From Candidatus Binatia bacterium (GTDB taxonomy: Bacteria; Desulfobacterota; Binatia; HRBIN30): a DNA stretch of 64,000 bases. Below are positions 48,850-58,933 of the stretch, piece by piece (within the stretch, counting starts at the first letter, position 1; the number at the start of each line of letters is the position of its first letter). The stretch is taken from positions 1 to 64,000 of the forward strand of contig JBBRSP010000016.1 in the NCBI GenBank assembly GCA_038245295.1. Direction: 5' to 3'. A program made the translations under genes and the position numbers. Under the pieces are notes generated by a model. That model worked only from the letters and a program-made list of their open reading frames with translations. It ran no database searches and was not told the DNA's origin.

Positions 48850-49092
48850 GTCATCCCGGCGAAAGAGGGTGTCGATTTACTCGGAAACCATACTTGAAAC
48901 CGAGCAGACCTATCGGTCATACCGGCGACAGCCGGTATCTCGCCAGCTTTCGAGGCTTCCGGCAGGGGGAGATCCCGGTTTTCACCGGGATGACGTTGCT
49001 CCACTTTGGTTTTACGCCCGTCTCGAAAGCCGGGATCTCCTCGGCCGGAATCGCAGAAATGCTGGGGAGATTCCGGCTTTCGCCGGAATGAC
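48850..49092. repeat. Cluster of 26-bp GTCAT(C/T/A)CCGGCGAAAGCCGG(G/A/T)ATCTC REP-like palindromes
   Basis: Full copies at 48916-48941 (+), 48969-48994 (-) and 49067-49092 (-); half copies at 48850-48865 and 49024-49039. Confidence 0.8.
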
Positions 49093-49262
49093 GGAGGCAT
49101 TTGTAGGCCTTCAAACGCGCCATCAGAGACAATCGACAGTCTCCATGGCTTGGATGTCACTTGCGTGAGCCTCGCTGTCGAGTGAAGCTAGGACCGACTC
49201 AAGGGCGGCGGCTGGGCGGCACTGAAACCGGCCGACGCAACCGAACAAGCGGGCTGACAGCA

Positions 49263-50555
49263 ATGCATTTGCAGGACTTTCGGGTGGAGATGATTGGCCA
49301 TGCCACGCTGCGTGCGCATTGCAACGGGCGCACGTTGCTCACCGATCCGTGGTTGATCGATCCGATCGTGCTGAACAGCACGTTTCATTTCCCTCGCCTC
49401 GTGCACGACCCGAAGCAACTCGCTGCCGGCACCGACGCCATCTACATCTCCCACGTCCATCCCGACCATTTACATCCGCCGAGTCTGGATCTGTTCTCCA
49501 GGACAACGCCGATCTTCATCGGCGAACACCGCAAGAAGGGCTTCCGCGACAGCCTGCGAAGCCTCGGTTTCCCGGTAGTCGAGCTGCCGTTCAACCGGGA
49601 GGCCGCCGTCCCCGGCACCGACTTCCGCATCACCATCATCGACCACGACTTCGAAGAGAGTGCGGCCCACGACTCGGCAATGCTTCTACGCACCCCCGAG
49701 TTCAGCTTGTTCAACAACAACGACTGCGTCCTGCACGCGGCAAAATACGAGTGGATACGCCGTCGTGGGAGCATCGACTACGCATTCCTCGGCTACTCGC
49801 CCGCGTCGTTCTTTCCAATCTGCTTCGAGCTCGATGCGCGAGAAAAGGACGCCTTGCTAACGGCCTCGGTAGAACACCGATACGATCGTTTTGTCGAAGC
49901 GGCCCTGACCTTACGCCCGGGACTCACCGTGCCGTTCGCCAGCGGCCTGCGATTTCTGGAGACGCGCGCCCTATGGAAGAATGCCGCCTTCAGCTCGGCT
50001 CCGGAGGCAGCCCGGCGGTTGACGGCCCTCGGCCTGCGCGCCGAAGTGATGGGTCCGGGGGATCGCCTGCGGACCGACGGTAGCATCGAACGTGTCAGCC
50101 CTATCCTGGAGGGCGACGCAGAAACCACAGCCATCGCCGCGTACGCTCGGCAGATTGAAGGATGGGTGGCCGAACTGACGCAACGCGAACCGGCGCCGCA
50201 GCCCGATCTCGTCGATCGGTTCCGCCGCTACGTTCTGCAGCGCTGGGAGCAAACATGCGAACGACTGCCCGGCATCCGCAGCCATGTCATCGCCTACGTA
50301 CTGAGTGGCGCGCAGGAGCACCGATTCTATTTCGATTTTTCAAAGCCACCCGAGAACGTGTTCCACTGGGGTGACCCAGAGTCCTACGACATGCGCTACA
50401 CCTACGACGCCGCCGCGCTGCAGCAGAAACTCGACGGGCAGATCGATTGGGACGAGTTGCATTTCACCGCCACGTCGGTGCACCAGGTGCGTTATGCCCG
50501 CGACTTCTACATCATGCTGCGCAGCGAAACGCTTGATCTGGATCGCTGCGTATGA
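49263..50555 (+). CDS. Metallo-beta-lactamase-fold protein (UlaG/CMP-Neu5Ac-hydroxylase-like, no Rieske domain)
   Basis: IGHA, LTDPW, ISHVHPDHLH, HDSA, FNNNDC, VPFAS. Confidence 0.8.
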   Translation: MHLQDFRVEMIGHATLRAHCNGRTLLTDPWLIDPIVLNSTFHFPRLVHDPKQLAAGTDAIYISHVHPDHLHPPSLDLFSRTTPIFIGEHRKKGFRDSLRSLGFPVVELPFNREAAVPGTDFRITIIDHDFEESAAHDSAMLLRTPEFSLFNNNDCVLHAAKYEWIRRRGSIDYAFLGYSPASFFPICFELDAREKDALLTASVEHRYDRFVEAALTLRPGLTVPFASGLRFLETRALWKNAAFSSAPEAARRLTALGLRAEVMGPGDRLRTDGSIERVSPILEGDAETTAIAAYARQIEGWVAELTQREPAPQPDLVDRFRRYVLQRWEQTCERLPGIRSHVIAYVLSGAQEHRFYFDFSKPPENVFHWGDPESYDMRYTYDAAALQQKLDGQIDWDELHFTATSVHQVRYARDFYIMLRSETLDLDRCV

Positions 50556-50640
50556 ACCGGCGCGAGGTGCGACTGCTCTTGGCCGCACGCGTCGCCATGT
50601 TGAGTCACTACCGGGATGATACTAGAGGGTGCTGCCTGTG

Positions 50641-51975
50641 ATGATGTTGGAGTGCCCTCCCGGCGGCCTACCGCAAGGCCCAGACCTATCGCCCGAAGAG
50701 ACAACGTTTCGCTGGCTCGGGCGGCCCTACGCCTTCCTCGACGACTGTGCGGCCCAATACGGCGACAGCTTCACACTGCACTTCAAGCGCTTCGGCACAC
50801 ACGTGGTGGTAAGCCACCCGGAGGATGTTTTCGCCGTGTTTTCCGGCGATCGGAACGTCCTGCATGCCGGGCGCGGCAATGCTTTGCTCGAGCCGGTGCT
50901 CGGAGCCGGCTCCGTTCTGCTCGCCGATGGCGACGAACACCTGGCGCAGCGGGTGCTCCTGCAACCGGCCTTTCGCAGCGACTCGTTGCCCGCCTATGCG
51001 CGCGCTGTCGTCGAAGCGACGCGACGCTGGACGGCAACGTGGGAGGACGGTGAGCAGGTCAGCATCCAGAACACGGCTCTGGAGATTTCCAAGGAAGTGA
51101 TCCTGCGCATTGTCTTCGGCCTGTCCGGCAGCAGCCTCACCGAGATGAGCAAACTCGTGCACGAGCTCATGATGCTGGTCGCGACCAACGCGACGTTCGA
51201 CGAGCAGAGCACCGAGGCGCGCCTGTTGCAGCGCTTCCGCAGCGCCAAGGCGGCGCTCGACGAACACCTGCAAGATCTCATCGAACGGCGGCGCCGCGAG
51301 ACAACGATCGTGGGCAACGATGTTTTGTCGACTCTCGTCGCGGCGCGGACAACGGGTGGTGGAGAGCTGAGCGACGCCGCGATTCGCGATCAGCTCGTCA
51401 CGATGATCCTCGCCGGCCACGAAACAACCGCCAGCTCGATCACCTGGGCGCTTGTCTGCTTGCACAATGAGACACCGGTGTTGCAACGGCTGACGGCCGA
51501 AATCGATGCTGGCAAACACCTACCCGACGCGCATCTCGGCGAACTTCCGTATTTGCAGGCGGTGGCCTTGGAAACCTTGCGGCTGCGTCCGGTCATCCCA
51601 GTCGTCTCGCGCCAGGTGCAGGCGCCGTTCCGCTTGCGTGACCGCACTTTGGAGCCGGGCGTCTATGTGACGCCGTGCGCCTATCTCGCCCACCGGCGCG
51701 CCGACAGCTTTGCGGATCCACAGGTGTTCCGTCCCGAGCGCTTCCTCGATCGACGCTACGCCCCGTACGTCTATTTCCCGTTCGGCGGTGGCGTCCGCCG
51801 CTGCATGGGCATGTCCTTTGCGTTGCTCGAGATGCAAATCGTCGTCGGCATCTTGCTGCGCACGTTCCGCTTCGCGCCGCTCATCGGCGCCTCCGTGCGT
51901 CCGGTCCGTCGGGCCGTTACCATTGTTGCTTCGGGTGGTGGCAAGATGAAGATTGCCACCCGCGCCGCAGCATAG
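50641..51975 (+). CDS. Cytochrome P450
   Basis: AGHETT, ETLR, FRPERF, FPFGGGVRRCMG heme Cys. Start 50629-50644. Confidence 0.95.
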   Translation: MMLECPPGGLPQGPDLSPEETTFRWLGRPYAFLDDCAAQYGDSFTLHFKRFGTHVVVSHPEDVFAVFSGDRNVLHAGRGNALLEPVLGAGSVLLADGDEHLAQRVLLQPAFRSDSLPAYARAVVEATRRWTATWEDGEQVSIQNTALEISKEVILRIVFGLSGSSLTEMSKLVHELMMLVATNATFDEQSTEARLLQRFRSAKAALDEHLQDLIERRRRETTIVGNDVLSTLVAARTTGGGELSDAAIRDQLVTMILAGHETTASSITWALVCLHNETPVLQRLTAEIDAGKHLPDAHLGELPYLQAVALETLRLRPVIPVVSRQVQAPFRLRDRTLEPGVYVTPCAYLAHRRADSFADPQVFRPERFLDRRYAPYVYFPFGGGVRRCMGMSFALLEMQIVVGILLRTFRFAPLIGASVRPVRRAVTIVASGGGKMKIATRAAA

Positions 51976-51999
51976 GAGTGCCCCGGAACGAGGTTACCC

Positions 52000-52290
52000 A
52001 TGGAGAATGGACACATCAGCCCCGATCGCCCCGCGGTGCTCGCCAAAGTTCGCCACGCGATCGCCGAGGTGCTGGCTGACAACCGCGTCGAGGTGAAGGT
52101 CGCCGATCACCTGGTTGACGACCTTGGCCTCGACTCAACCAGCATCGCCAGCCTGACGATCGCTCTCGAGGACGAGTTCGATGAAGTCTTGCTCCTCAAC
52201 GATTGGATCGCCGAGGCGCATAGCCCGAGTGATCTCACTGTCGATTCGCTGGTCGACTATCTGATGGGTTTGCTAGCGGAGAGTGATTGA
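52000..52290 (+). CDS. Acyl carrier protein
   Basis: LVDDLGLDST phosphopantetheine motif, ALEDEFD, acidic. Confidence 0.9.
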   Translation: MENGHISPDRPAVLAKVRHAIAEVLADNRVEVKVADHLVDDLGLDSTSIASLTIALEDEFDEVLLLNDWIAEAHSPSDLTVDSLVDYLMGLLAESD

Positions 52291-54092
52291 TGCCGTTCGA
52301 CGTCGCCGCACAGGATGGCGTGCTCACACTGACCCTGGATACCCCCGGCTCCCCGATCAACATCTTCAACCACGCCACAGCGCATCAGTTGATCGAAATC
52401 ATGTCGACGGTCACGACGACGACAACACGCGCCGTCGTCTTCCAGACCGCGAAGCCGCATAGCTTCATCAACGGTGTCGGCTTGCTGCTGGCTCATGCGG
52501 CACAAACGTACGCGGACATCGAGCGCGCCAGCACACCGCCATGGCAGGCCTATCGCGCCGTGCGTGAGGCACCGGTGCCCACCATCGCGGTGATCCAGGG
52601 GAATTGTTTCGGTTGCGGCGTCGAGTTTGCGCTCAACTGCGACTACCGCATCGCCAGCGATACGGGCGAGACCCAGTTCTACATGACCGAGCTGAACGAC
52701 TACCTATTCATTCCATTGTTCGGCAGCACCTGGAACCTACCGGCAACCGTCGGGATGGCCGACGCCATTGATCTGCTGTTGTGGGGGGAACGCTGGGACG
52801 CGCGGCGCGCCGGCGAACGTGGTCTGATCGACGCCGTAGCTTCGCACGAAGATCTCACCGATCAGGCAGACCAGCTGGTGGCGCAGGCCATCGAGCGACC
52901 GCGACAGCGCCGCGGCGCCATCGCATGGCATGCCGACGTCGCCGCCGCGGTCGCCAGGGCGCGCCGGCGCATCGCCGAGCTGCCGGCGGAATACCAACCG
53001 GTCTATGAGGATGCCCTGCAACTGCTGATCACCGGGGCTAAGCAAACGGAGAGCTACGACACTCATCAACGCCGCGAGCTGCAGCGCTCCGCGGCCAGCG
53101 CCCTGGCACCCATCGGCAAAGCGGCCTACGCGTTCTTCTATCTGCGACAGATGGCCAGTGAACGTGCCGCTGGGCGGGCGCGCGACGAGGCGCCGGTGAT
53201 CAAGTTGGGCATCGCCGCCCAGGGCGACGCAGCGCGCGACTTCGGCGCCGTGCTGGGCCGGCGACGCCTTCCAGGGGTGACACTGACGCCGCCGGAGAGC
53301 GGCGACTTTCGCCTACATAGCCCGCCGGCCGCAGGCCTCTCCGTCGTCACGCCTGGCGTCGAGTCGGCTGGCGATGTGACGCTGCGCCTCACGGTGGCGG
53401 CTGAGCCGACCACCGACAACGAAATCTATGCACCGGCCTTCCATACGGGCGTCCGCCTGCTCGAGCTCGCCACGCGCCCCCGCGACGGCGCGACCGGCAA
53501 CCCTACTCTGGCACCGCTGGCGCGAACTCTGCAGCGCTTCGGTTTTGTCGTGGCACGTACAACGCCGACAAGCCGCTTCGTCACAACGCGGCTCCTGGTG
53601 GCCTATCTTTCTCCCCTCTTGCGCGAGTTGGCCAATGGTGGCGATGCAGCGATCATCAACCGCAGCCTGCGCGCGGCGGGATTCATTCGATTGCCGGGCA
53701 ACGTGCTCGGCGGAGTCGATCTGGCGGCACTGGCGCAGCAGATCGTCCCCGCGGGCCCTGGAGTCGGGGCCGAGGTTGCCCTGCAAACCCTATGTGACAC
53801 GGCGATCGGTGACCGACAGAACCCGGCGATCATCAATGCGTTGTGCCTCTCCCTTCTGGCGGCGACGCTGTCGACACGTGAGGAGAGAGCCGTGCGCGAT
53901 CCGAGCATCATCGATGTGATTGCTCGCGAGCTGCTCGATTTCCCGCGCCATCTCTGTAGCCTATGCACGTGGCTCAAGCGGGCGCGGGTGGGCGTGGCGC
54001 TGCAAGACCACCGCGCCCTGGAGCTGGTCGACGGAGCAACCTTGGAAATGGCGCGGGCCTTCTTGGCCGAGGGGCGGGAGTTCTATCGATGA
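52290..54092 (+). CDS. Enoyl-CoA hydratase/isomerase fused to a degenerate 3-hydroxyacyl dehydrogenase (FadJ-like)
   Basis: Crotonase motifs AVIQGNCFGCGVEFALNCDYRIA and MTEL. The C-terminus aligns by eye with 3HCDH but lacks GxGxxG. Overlaps the ACP (TGATG) and the FAAL (ATGA). Confidence 0.78.
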   Translation: MPFDVAAQDGVLTLTLDTPGSPINIFNHATAHQLIEIMSTVTTTTTRAVVFQTAKPHSFINGVGLLLAHAAQTYADIERASTPPWQAYRAVREAPVPTIAVIQGNCFGCGVEFALNCDYRIASDTGETQFYMTELNDYLFIPLFGSTWNLPATVGMADAIDLLLWGERWDARRAGERGLIDAVASHEDLTDQADQLVAQAIERPRQRRGAIAWHADVAAAVARARRRIAELPAEYQPVYEDALQLLITGAKQTESYDTHQRRELQRSAASALAPIGKAAYAFFYLRQMASERAAGRARDEAPVIKLGIAAQGDAARDFGAVLGRRRLPGVTLTPPESGDFRLHSPPAAGLSVVTPGVESAGDVTLRLTVAAEPTTDNEIYAPAFHTGVRLLELATRPRDGATGNPTLAPLARTLQRFGFVVARTTPTSRFVTTRLLVAYLSPLLRELANGGDAAIINRSLRAAGFIRLPGNVLGGVDLAALAQQIVPAGPGVGAEVALQTLCDTAIGDRQNPAIINALCLSLLAATLSTREERAVRDPSIIDVIARELLDFPRHLCSLCTWLKRARVGVALQDHRALELVDGATLEMARAFLAEGREFYR

Positions 54093-55942
54093 GCGCCGCG
54101 GCAAAACAACAACGCGTGGCGGAATCGCTGGCGTGTCCCGCCTATCCGTCGCACATCACCAGTCTTCTCGGTGTGCTGCTGCACCAGCAACAGACGCTGG
54201 CGGAGCGTACAGTATGCCATCGTGTCCGTCGCGAGCGCCACGGCATCGTCGCCGAGCCCATGAGTATCGGTACGCTCCTCGAGCGCGCCCAACGTGGCGC
54301 AGCGAAACTACAGGCGGCGGGGGTGCGGCAAGGCGATCGGGTCATCCTGTCGCTGAGTAATCCGCACGACTTTCTCGTCGCGTTCTTTTCGACGCTCGCA
54401 GCCGGAGCCGCCGCGGTACCGCTCCCAACGGTGGCGGAGTCGGGCACACCGCGGTCATTCGCCACACGTGTGCGCGAAGTCAGTCAGGATTGTGGGCCCA
54501 CCGCCGGCATTGTGGAAAGCATCCAACGGTTCAAGGCCGTGGTCGGCGAGCTGCCGACGGACATGGCGCTGATCGAAGTGGCCAACCTTACCGATGCTAC
54601 CGTCGGCGCTGGCCCGCCATTGCGGGACCAGCCCGCGGCGGCGTCGGCGTTCATCCAATACACCTCCGGCAGCACGGGCAAGCCGAAGGGCGTCGTCATC
54701 ACCCACGGCAACATCCTGGCCAATTGCAGCGCCATCCGCGATGCCACGGAGTATTCGCGCGCCGACCGCATGGTGTCGTGGCTGCCGTTGCACCACGACA
54801 TGGGTTTGGTGGGTGGTCTGTTGACGAGCATCTACTGCGCCGCCGAAACCTGGCTCATGTCGCCACTCGCGTTTCTCGGACGACCCGTCACCTGGCTCGA
54901 GGCCATCACGGCTTTCTCGGCAACGCTGACCGTCGGACCGACGTTCGCGTACAGCCTCTGCGCCCGCAAAATTCCCGACAAGCAGCTTACCGGAATTGAT
55001 CTATCGAGCCTGCGCCTCGCCTATATCGGTGCCGAGCCCATCGACCCGGCAACTCTCCGCGCCTTCAGCGATCGCTATGTCGACTACGGATTGTCGCGGC
55101 TGGCTCTCTACCCAGTCTACGGTCTTGCCGAGGCAACCCTTGCTGTAAGCTTCCCGAAGGCCGGCACACCCCTGCGTTACGACACGGTCGACCGCCACCG
55201 CCTGGCAGCCGACCACACGGCAGTACCGGCAACAGCGGACGGGCCGAATGCCGTCACCTTCGTCTCCGTCGGACACCCCTTGCCGCGCCATCACGTGACG
55301 ATTGTCGCTACACGCACGGGCCAAGCGGTAAGTGAACGTCAGGTCGGTGAGCTTATCGTCGGCGGCGCTTCCATCTCGCCGCGATACTTCTCGGACAAAC
55401 CTGATGTGGAATGTACCGAACTGCATACGGGGGATCTCGCGTACTTCGCGAACGACCATCTGTACATCGTCGATCGCATCAAAGATCTGGTCATCATCGC
55501 CGGACAGAATTACGCGCCGTCCGATATCGAAAATGCGGTGGCTCAGGTGGAAGGTATCCGCCGTGGACGCGTCGTGGCTTTTTCGCGTTCCGGCAGCATG
55601 GGCACCGAGGAGTTGCACATCGTCGCCGAGGTAACGCCGGATTCGTGGCGCGCACCGAGCGAACTGGAGAAGGACGTCGCGCGGAAGGTTCGTGAAGAGA
55701 TCGGCTTGACACCGGCAACCGTAACGATGGTCGTGGCCGGGAGTCTCGAGCGCACGTCGAGCGGGAAAATCAAGCGTTCCGCCTGCGCCGCCGCGCATCA
55801 AGCCGGGACACTGACGACGCTGGGCAGCCGTTCACAAATGGTGGGTTCCAAGCTGGCACGGCAACGCGCCCTGCTCTGGCATCGAACGACGCAGGTCGTC
55901 GACGGCCTGCGTCGGCGCCTCGGCCTCACTCGTACCGATTGA
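54089..55942 (+). CDS. Fatty acyl-AMP ligase (FAAL)
   Basis: FIQYTSGSTGKPKG, SWLPLHHDMGLVG, GAEPI, YGLAEATL, TGDL, RIKDLVIIAGQNY.P.DIE, TSSGKIKR. Confidence 0.92.
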   Translation: MSAAAKQQRVAESLACPAYPSHITSLLGVLLHQQQTLAERTVCHRVRRERHGIVAEPMSIGTLLERAQRGAAKLQAAGVRQGDRVILSLSNPHDFLVAFFSTLAAGAAAVPLPTVAESGTPRSFATRVREVSQDCGPTAGIVESIQRFKAVVGELPTDMALIEVANLTDATVGAGPPLRDQPAAASAFIQYTSGSTGKPKGVVITHGNILANCSAIRDATEYSRADRMVSWLPLHHDMGLVGGLLTSIYCAAETWLMSPLAFLGRPVTWLEAITAFSATLTVGPTFAYSLCARKIPDKQLTGIDLSSLRLAYIGAEPIDPATLRAFSDRYVDYGLSRLALYPVYGLAEATLAVSFPKAGTPLRYDTVDRHRLAADHTAVPATADGPNAVTFVSVGHPLPRHHVTIVATRTGQAVSERQVGELIVGGASISPRYFSDKPDVECTELHTGDLAYFANDHLYIVDRIKDLVIIAGQNYAPSDIENAVAQVEGIRRGRVVAFSRSGSMGTEELHIVAEVTPDSWRAPSELEKDVARKVREEIGLTPATVTMVVAGSLERTSSGKIKRSACAAAHQAGTLTTLGSRSQMVGSKLARQRALLWHRTTQVVDGLRRRLGLTRTD

Positions 55943-55950
55943 CACCCGCG

Positions 55951-58725
55951 TCAACGGACTTCCAACGTCGCCAACCGCTGCGACGCGTAGGTCTGTATGT
56001 CGGCGCGCCCGGCGCGGCGCGCCAGTTCGAGGGCGCTGCCATACTCACGCATTGCCTCGGCAGTTTGCCCTTGCTGCACCAACACATCGGCAAGCCCAAG
56101 ATGAGCTTCCGGCATGCCTGGATTGGCGCTGACGGCGTGGCGCAGGTGAATCAACGCTTCGATCAGCTCGCCACGTCCGGCCAGCACCGCCCCGAGGTTC
56201 AACAATCCACGCGGATCGTCGGGACTAATGTGCACCGCTTCGCGATAGTGTTCGAGCGCCTCATCCAGACGACCCTTGCCTTCCAAGGCGATCGCCAGAT
56301 TGTTGTGCGCCGGCGCCAGCCGCGGGTCGAGTCGAATTGCCTCCTGGTACTCGGCAATCGCCGCATCGAGATCATGCTGGGCGGCAAGCATCTGACCAAG
56401 GCCGTTGTGCGCAACCGGCCGGGCAGGATCGAGCCGAACAGCTTCGGAATAGCTTGCCCGTGCCTCGGCAAGCTTACCCTCGTCGGCCAGCTTCTGGGCC
56501 ATCGCTTCGTGCCCTGAGGCTCGCAGCGGCGCGCATGACGGGGCCGTCGTCAAGCGATCGCGGCATGACGATTCGGCCCACTGCGAAGGAGGTAAGGTTG
56601 GGCTCCACGGTTCGCCCTGCAGACGTGCGCCGAAGGCACGCGACAAGCCGGCGGCGTCGTGAAACAGATAGAGCGTCGCGTCGGGCCAGCAGCGGCAGAT
56701 CTGAGTCTGCACCGACTCCTGTTCTTCCAGCGAAGGACTCCAGAAGAGCAACCGAGCGATCGGTACGTCGCCATCAAGCGCCGCCAGCAGCGAGCCGCCA
56801 TTTTCGTAAGCCCGAGTCCGCAGAGGATCGGCCGGGAGGAAGTGGCCGATCTCGGCGATATGAAGCCAATCATTAGGCGGGTTGCCGGGTTCGAGGAGCA
56901 TGATGGACGAGCTCGGTGTTTCCGCCAAGGCGGGCAACGTCAGTCCCAACCAGGTCCGCGCCACGATGCGCGGGTTGACGATGTCGAAGAGGATGCTGCC
57001 GCTGAGCACGACGACCGCTGCCACCGAAACCGACACCCAATCCGACAACATCCGCCAACCCAGCAAGCGGGCAATACGACTGACACCAACAACCGAAAAC
57101 AAAGGCAACAGGAGCGGCAACACCATGGCCCGATTGAGGGAGGCACGGTCCGTAGCGGAGGCAATAGCGGCGGGGAAAACAGCAACGAGCCAGCAGAGCA
57201 GGAGCGCCTGGGTCGTTCGCTGCCGTCGCCCGTAGATGCAAGCAACCAACCCGACCGCGGCCAGTGCGGCTGAGATGGGCTCGAAGTAGACATCGCCGCA
57301 CAAACGGACGGGGGTGCGCGGCACGGCGAACGGTTGCAACACGGCGGCAAGCGGAACGTCGGCGACGCCACGCTCGCCCGAGCGCCACAGCTCGCTCACC
57401 TCGCGGTGCGTGTAGTGCTTCTGCCCCATGACAAGCTGCAAAAGTGGCTCGCCGGCGCCGCGACGCTCCGCATACGTCTCGCTGATTGCCGGCAGGTTGA
57501 ACAAGATGGGGACCACCGGAGTCACGGCAGCGATGCCGACGACGACGGCGATCACCCAGTCCAGCAGCGACGGCCGGCGACGCCACAGACGCGGCAAAAT
57601 CGCCAAACCAGCAACCCCAGCCCACAACGTCAGGTGAAGAAACGTCGACGACAGACCCGCCATGGCGCCGAAGGCGACGATATCACTCGAGCGCGCCTCG
57701 ATCGGCGCGGCATAGATGCGGCATACGACGATCAACAGGCCGGCGGCGAAAGCAACCAGCAGCGCGAAGGGCGTCGGACTGAGCGCCATCGACAACATGA
57801 ACGGCGAGAATAGGAAAGCGGCGACGGCAATCGGCATGGCTTGTAAGCCAACGAGGCGACGAGTCAGGGCGGCGACTCCAAGTGCCGCCAACACAGCCCA
57901 AGCGCCATGTATGGTTTGCACAAAGGCAAAGCTGGCCTCGAGCCGGCCCGGTCCCACGAACGGCAGGCCGATGAGCAACAAATACGTGTTGGCGAAGCCG
58001 ACTTCGTAGGCCTGGGCGAGATCGTCGTGCGGCCGATTGGCGGCATCGAGGAAGAAATCGAAATTCTTCCACATGTCCACCATGTCGGCGGCACGCGCAT
58101 CGTGGTGTGCGGCGACGACGCGCCAAACAAACCACACGCCAATCAGCAGCACCGCGATACCCCACCACACCAGTGTCGTAGCGGGAACCGCGGCGCGTGG
58201 CGTCGGGTCGGCGCGGGATTCCGAGAAACGCAGGATGGCTGCCGGTAAGGCGAGCATGAGGATCATGCTAAGTTGCGCGACATGTGGAAAGGCGGCGGAC
58301 GTTGCCGTCAGAGGAATCAGCACGAGGGCAATCGCCAACGCTGCCCACTGGTAGGTACTCGACGGCCGAGGCAGTGCCGGGAGCGTCTCTGTCGCAGCCA
58401 CGCCTGGCGCCTGCGAGGCAACCGACTCGCCGTAGCCGAGGAGCGCCGCGGCCGCGGCCAGAGCCATCAGCCGCCAAGCCACCCACCAACCCGGCGCGTT
58501 CGGGAAAATCCGCGTCCAGGTTCCGGTCGCCGGTGTGATCACCGCGGTCACCGTCGCGGGTGGTGCAAAGAGCGGCACCACATAGAGGCCGAGAAGGAAA
58601 ACTCCCGCGAACGCGAGCAGTTGCTGCCGCCGCGCATCGTCGGCCCGGGTACGCTGCATTGGGACAAAACTCGCATGGCATTCCGTGCAAGACAACAAGG
58701 CGCTCAGGGCGCGATCGATATTCAT
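55951..58725 (-). CDS. Polytopic membrane protein (GT-C-like) with C-terminal TPR repeats
   Basis: Many TMs, then AHNGLG, AHNNLA, LLNLG and AHLGLA TPR repeats. Start may be near 58659. Confidence 0.7.
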   Translation of the reverse strand: MNIDRALSALLSCTECHASFVPMQRTRADDARRQQLLAFAGVFLLGLYVVPLFAPPATVTAVITPATGTWTRIFPNAPGWWVAWRLMALAAAAALLGYGESVASQAPGVAATETLPALPRPSSTYQWAALAIALVLIPLTATSAAFPHVAQLSMILMLALPAAILRFSESRADPTPRAAVPATTLVWWGIAVLLIGVWFVWRVVAAHHDARAADMVDMWKNFDFFLDAANRPHDDLAQAYEVGFANTYLLLIGLPFVGPGRLEASFAFVQTIHGAWAVLAALGVAALTRRLVGLQAMPIAVAAFLFSPFMLSMALSPTPFALLVAFAAGLLIVVCRIYAAPIEARSSDIVAFGAMAGLSSTFLHLTLWAGVAGLAILPRLWRRRPSLLDWVIAVVVGIAAVTPVVPILFNLPAISETYAERRGAGEPLLQLVMGQKHYTHREVSELWRSGERGVADVPLAAVLQPFAVPRTPVRLCGDVYFEPISAALAAVGLVACIYGRRQRTTQALLLCWLVAVFPAAIASATDRASLNRAMVLPLLLPLFSVVGVSRIARLLGWRMLSDWVSVSVAAVVVLSGSILFDIVNPRIVARTWLGLTLPALAETPSSSIMLLEPGNPPNDWLHIAEIGHFLPADPLRTRAYENGGSLLAALDGDVPIARLLFWSPSLEEQESVQTQICRCWPDATLYLFHDAAGLSRAFGARLQGEPWSPTLPPSQWAESSCRDRLTTAPSCAPLRASGHEAMAQKLADEGKLAEARASYSEAVRLDPARPVAHNGLGQMLAAQHDLDAAIAEYQEAIRLDPRLAPAHNNLAIALEGKGRLDEALEHYREAVHISPDDPRGLLNLGAVLAGRGELIEALIHLRHAVSANPGMPEAHLGLADVLVQQGQTAEAMREYGSALELARRAGRADIQTYASQRLATLEVR

Positions 58726-58933
58726 TGCAACCCGCGAGGATGGCAGGTTACAACGCCAGCGACGGCAACGGACGCAGTCCCGCTCGGTTCAATGTCGCGT
58801 ACGCGGCCAAGGCAGAGGGCCTGAGGAACAATTCCTTGCAATCCAAAACATCGCCAGTATACAACCAGCCGAATGTGGGCGACCGATGTGTGTACGTTGG
58901 AATTCCGCCCGAGGAAAGGTCGCGCAAGTCAAC

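Noticed and set aside
47879..49168. 429-aa plus-strand ORF
   Set aside because: It is an antisense shadow of the SDR that runs into the REP cluster and has no motifs.
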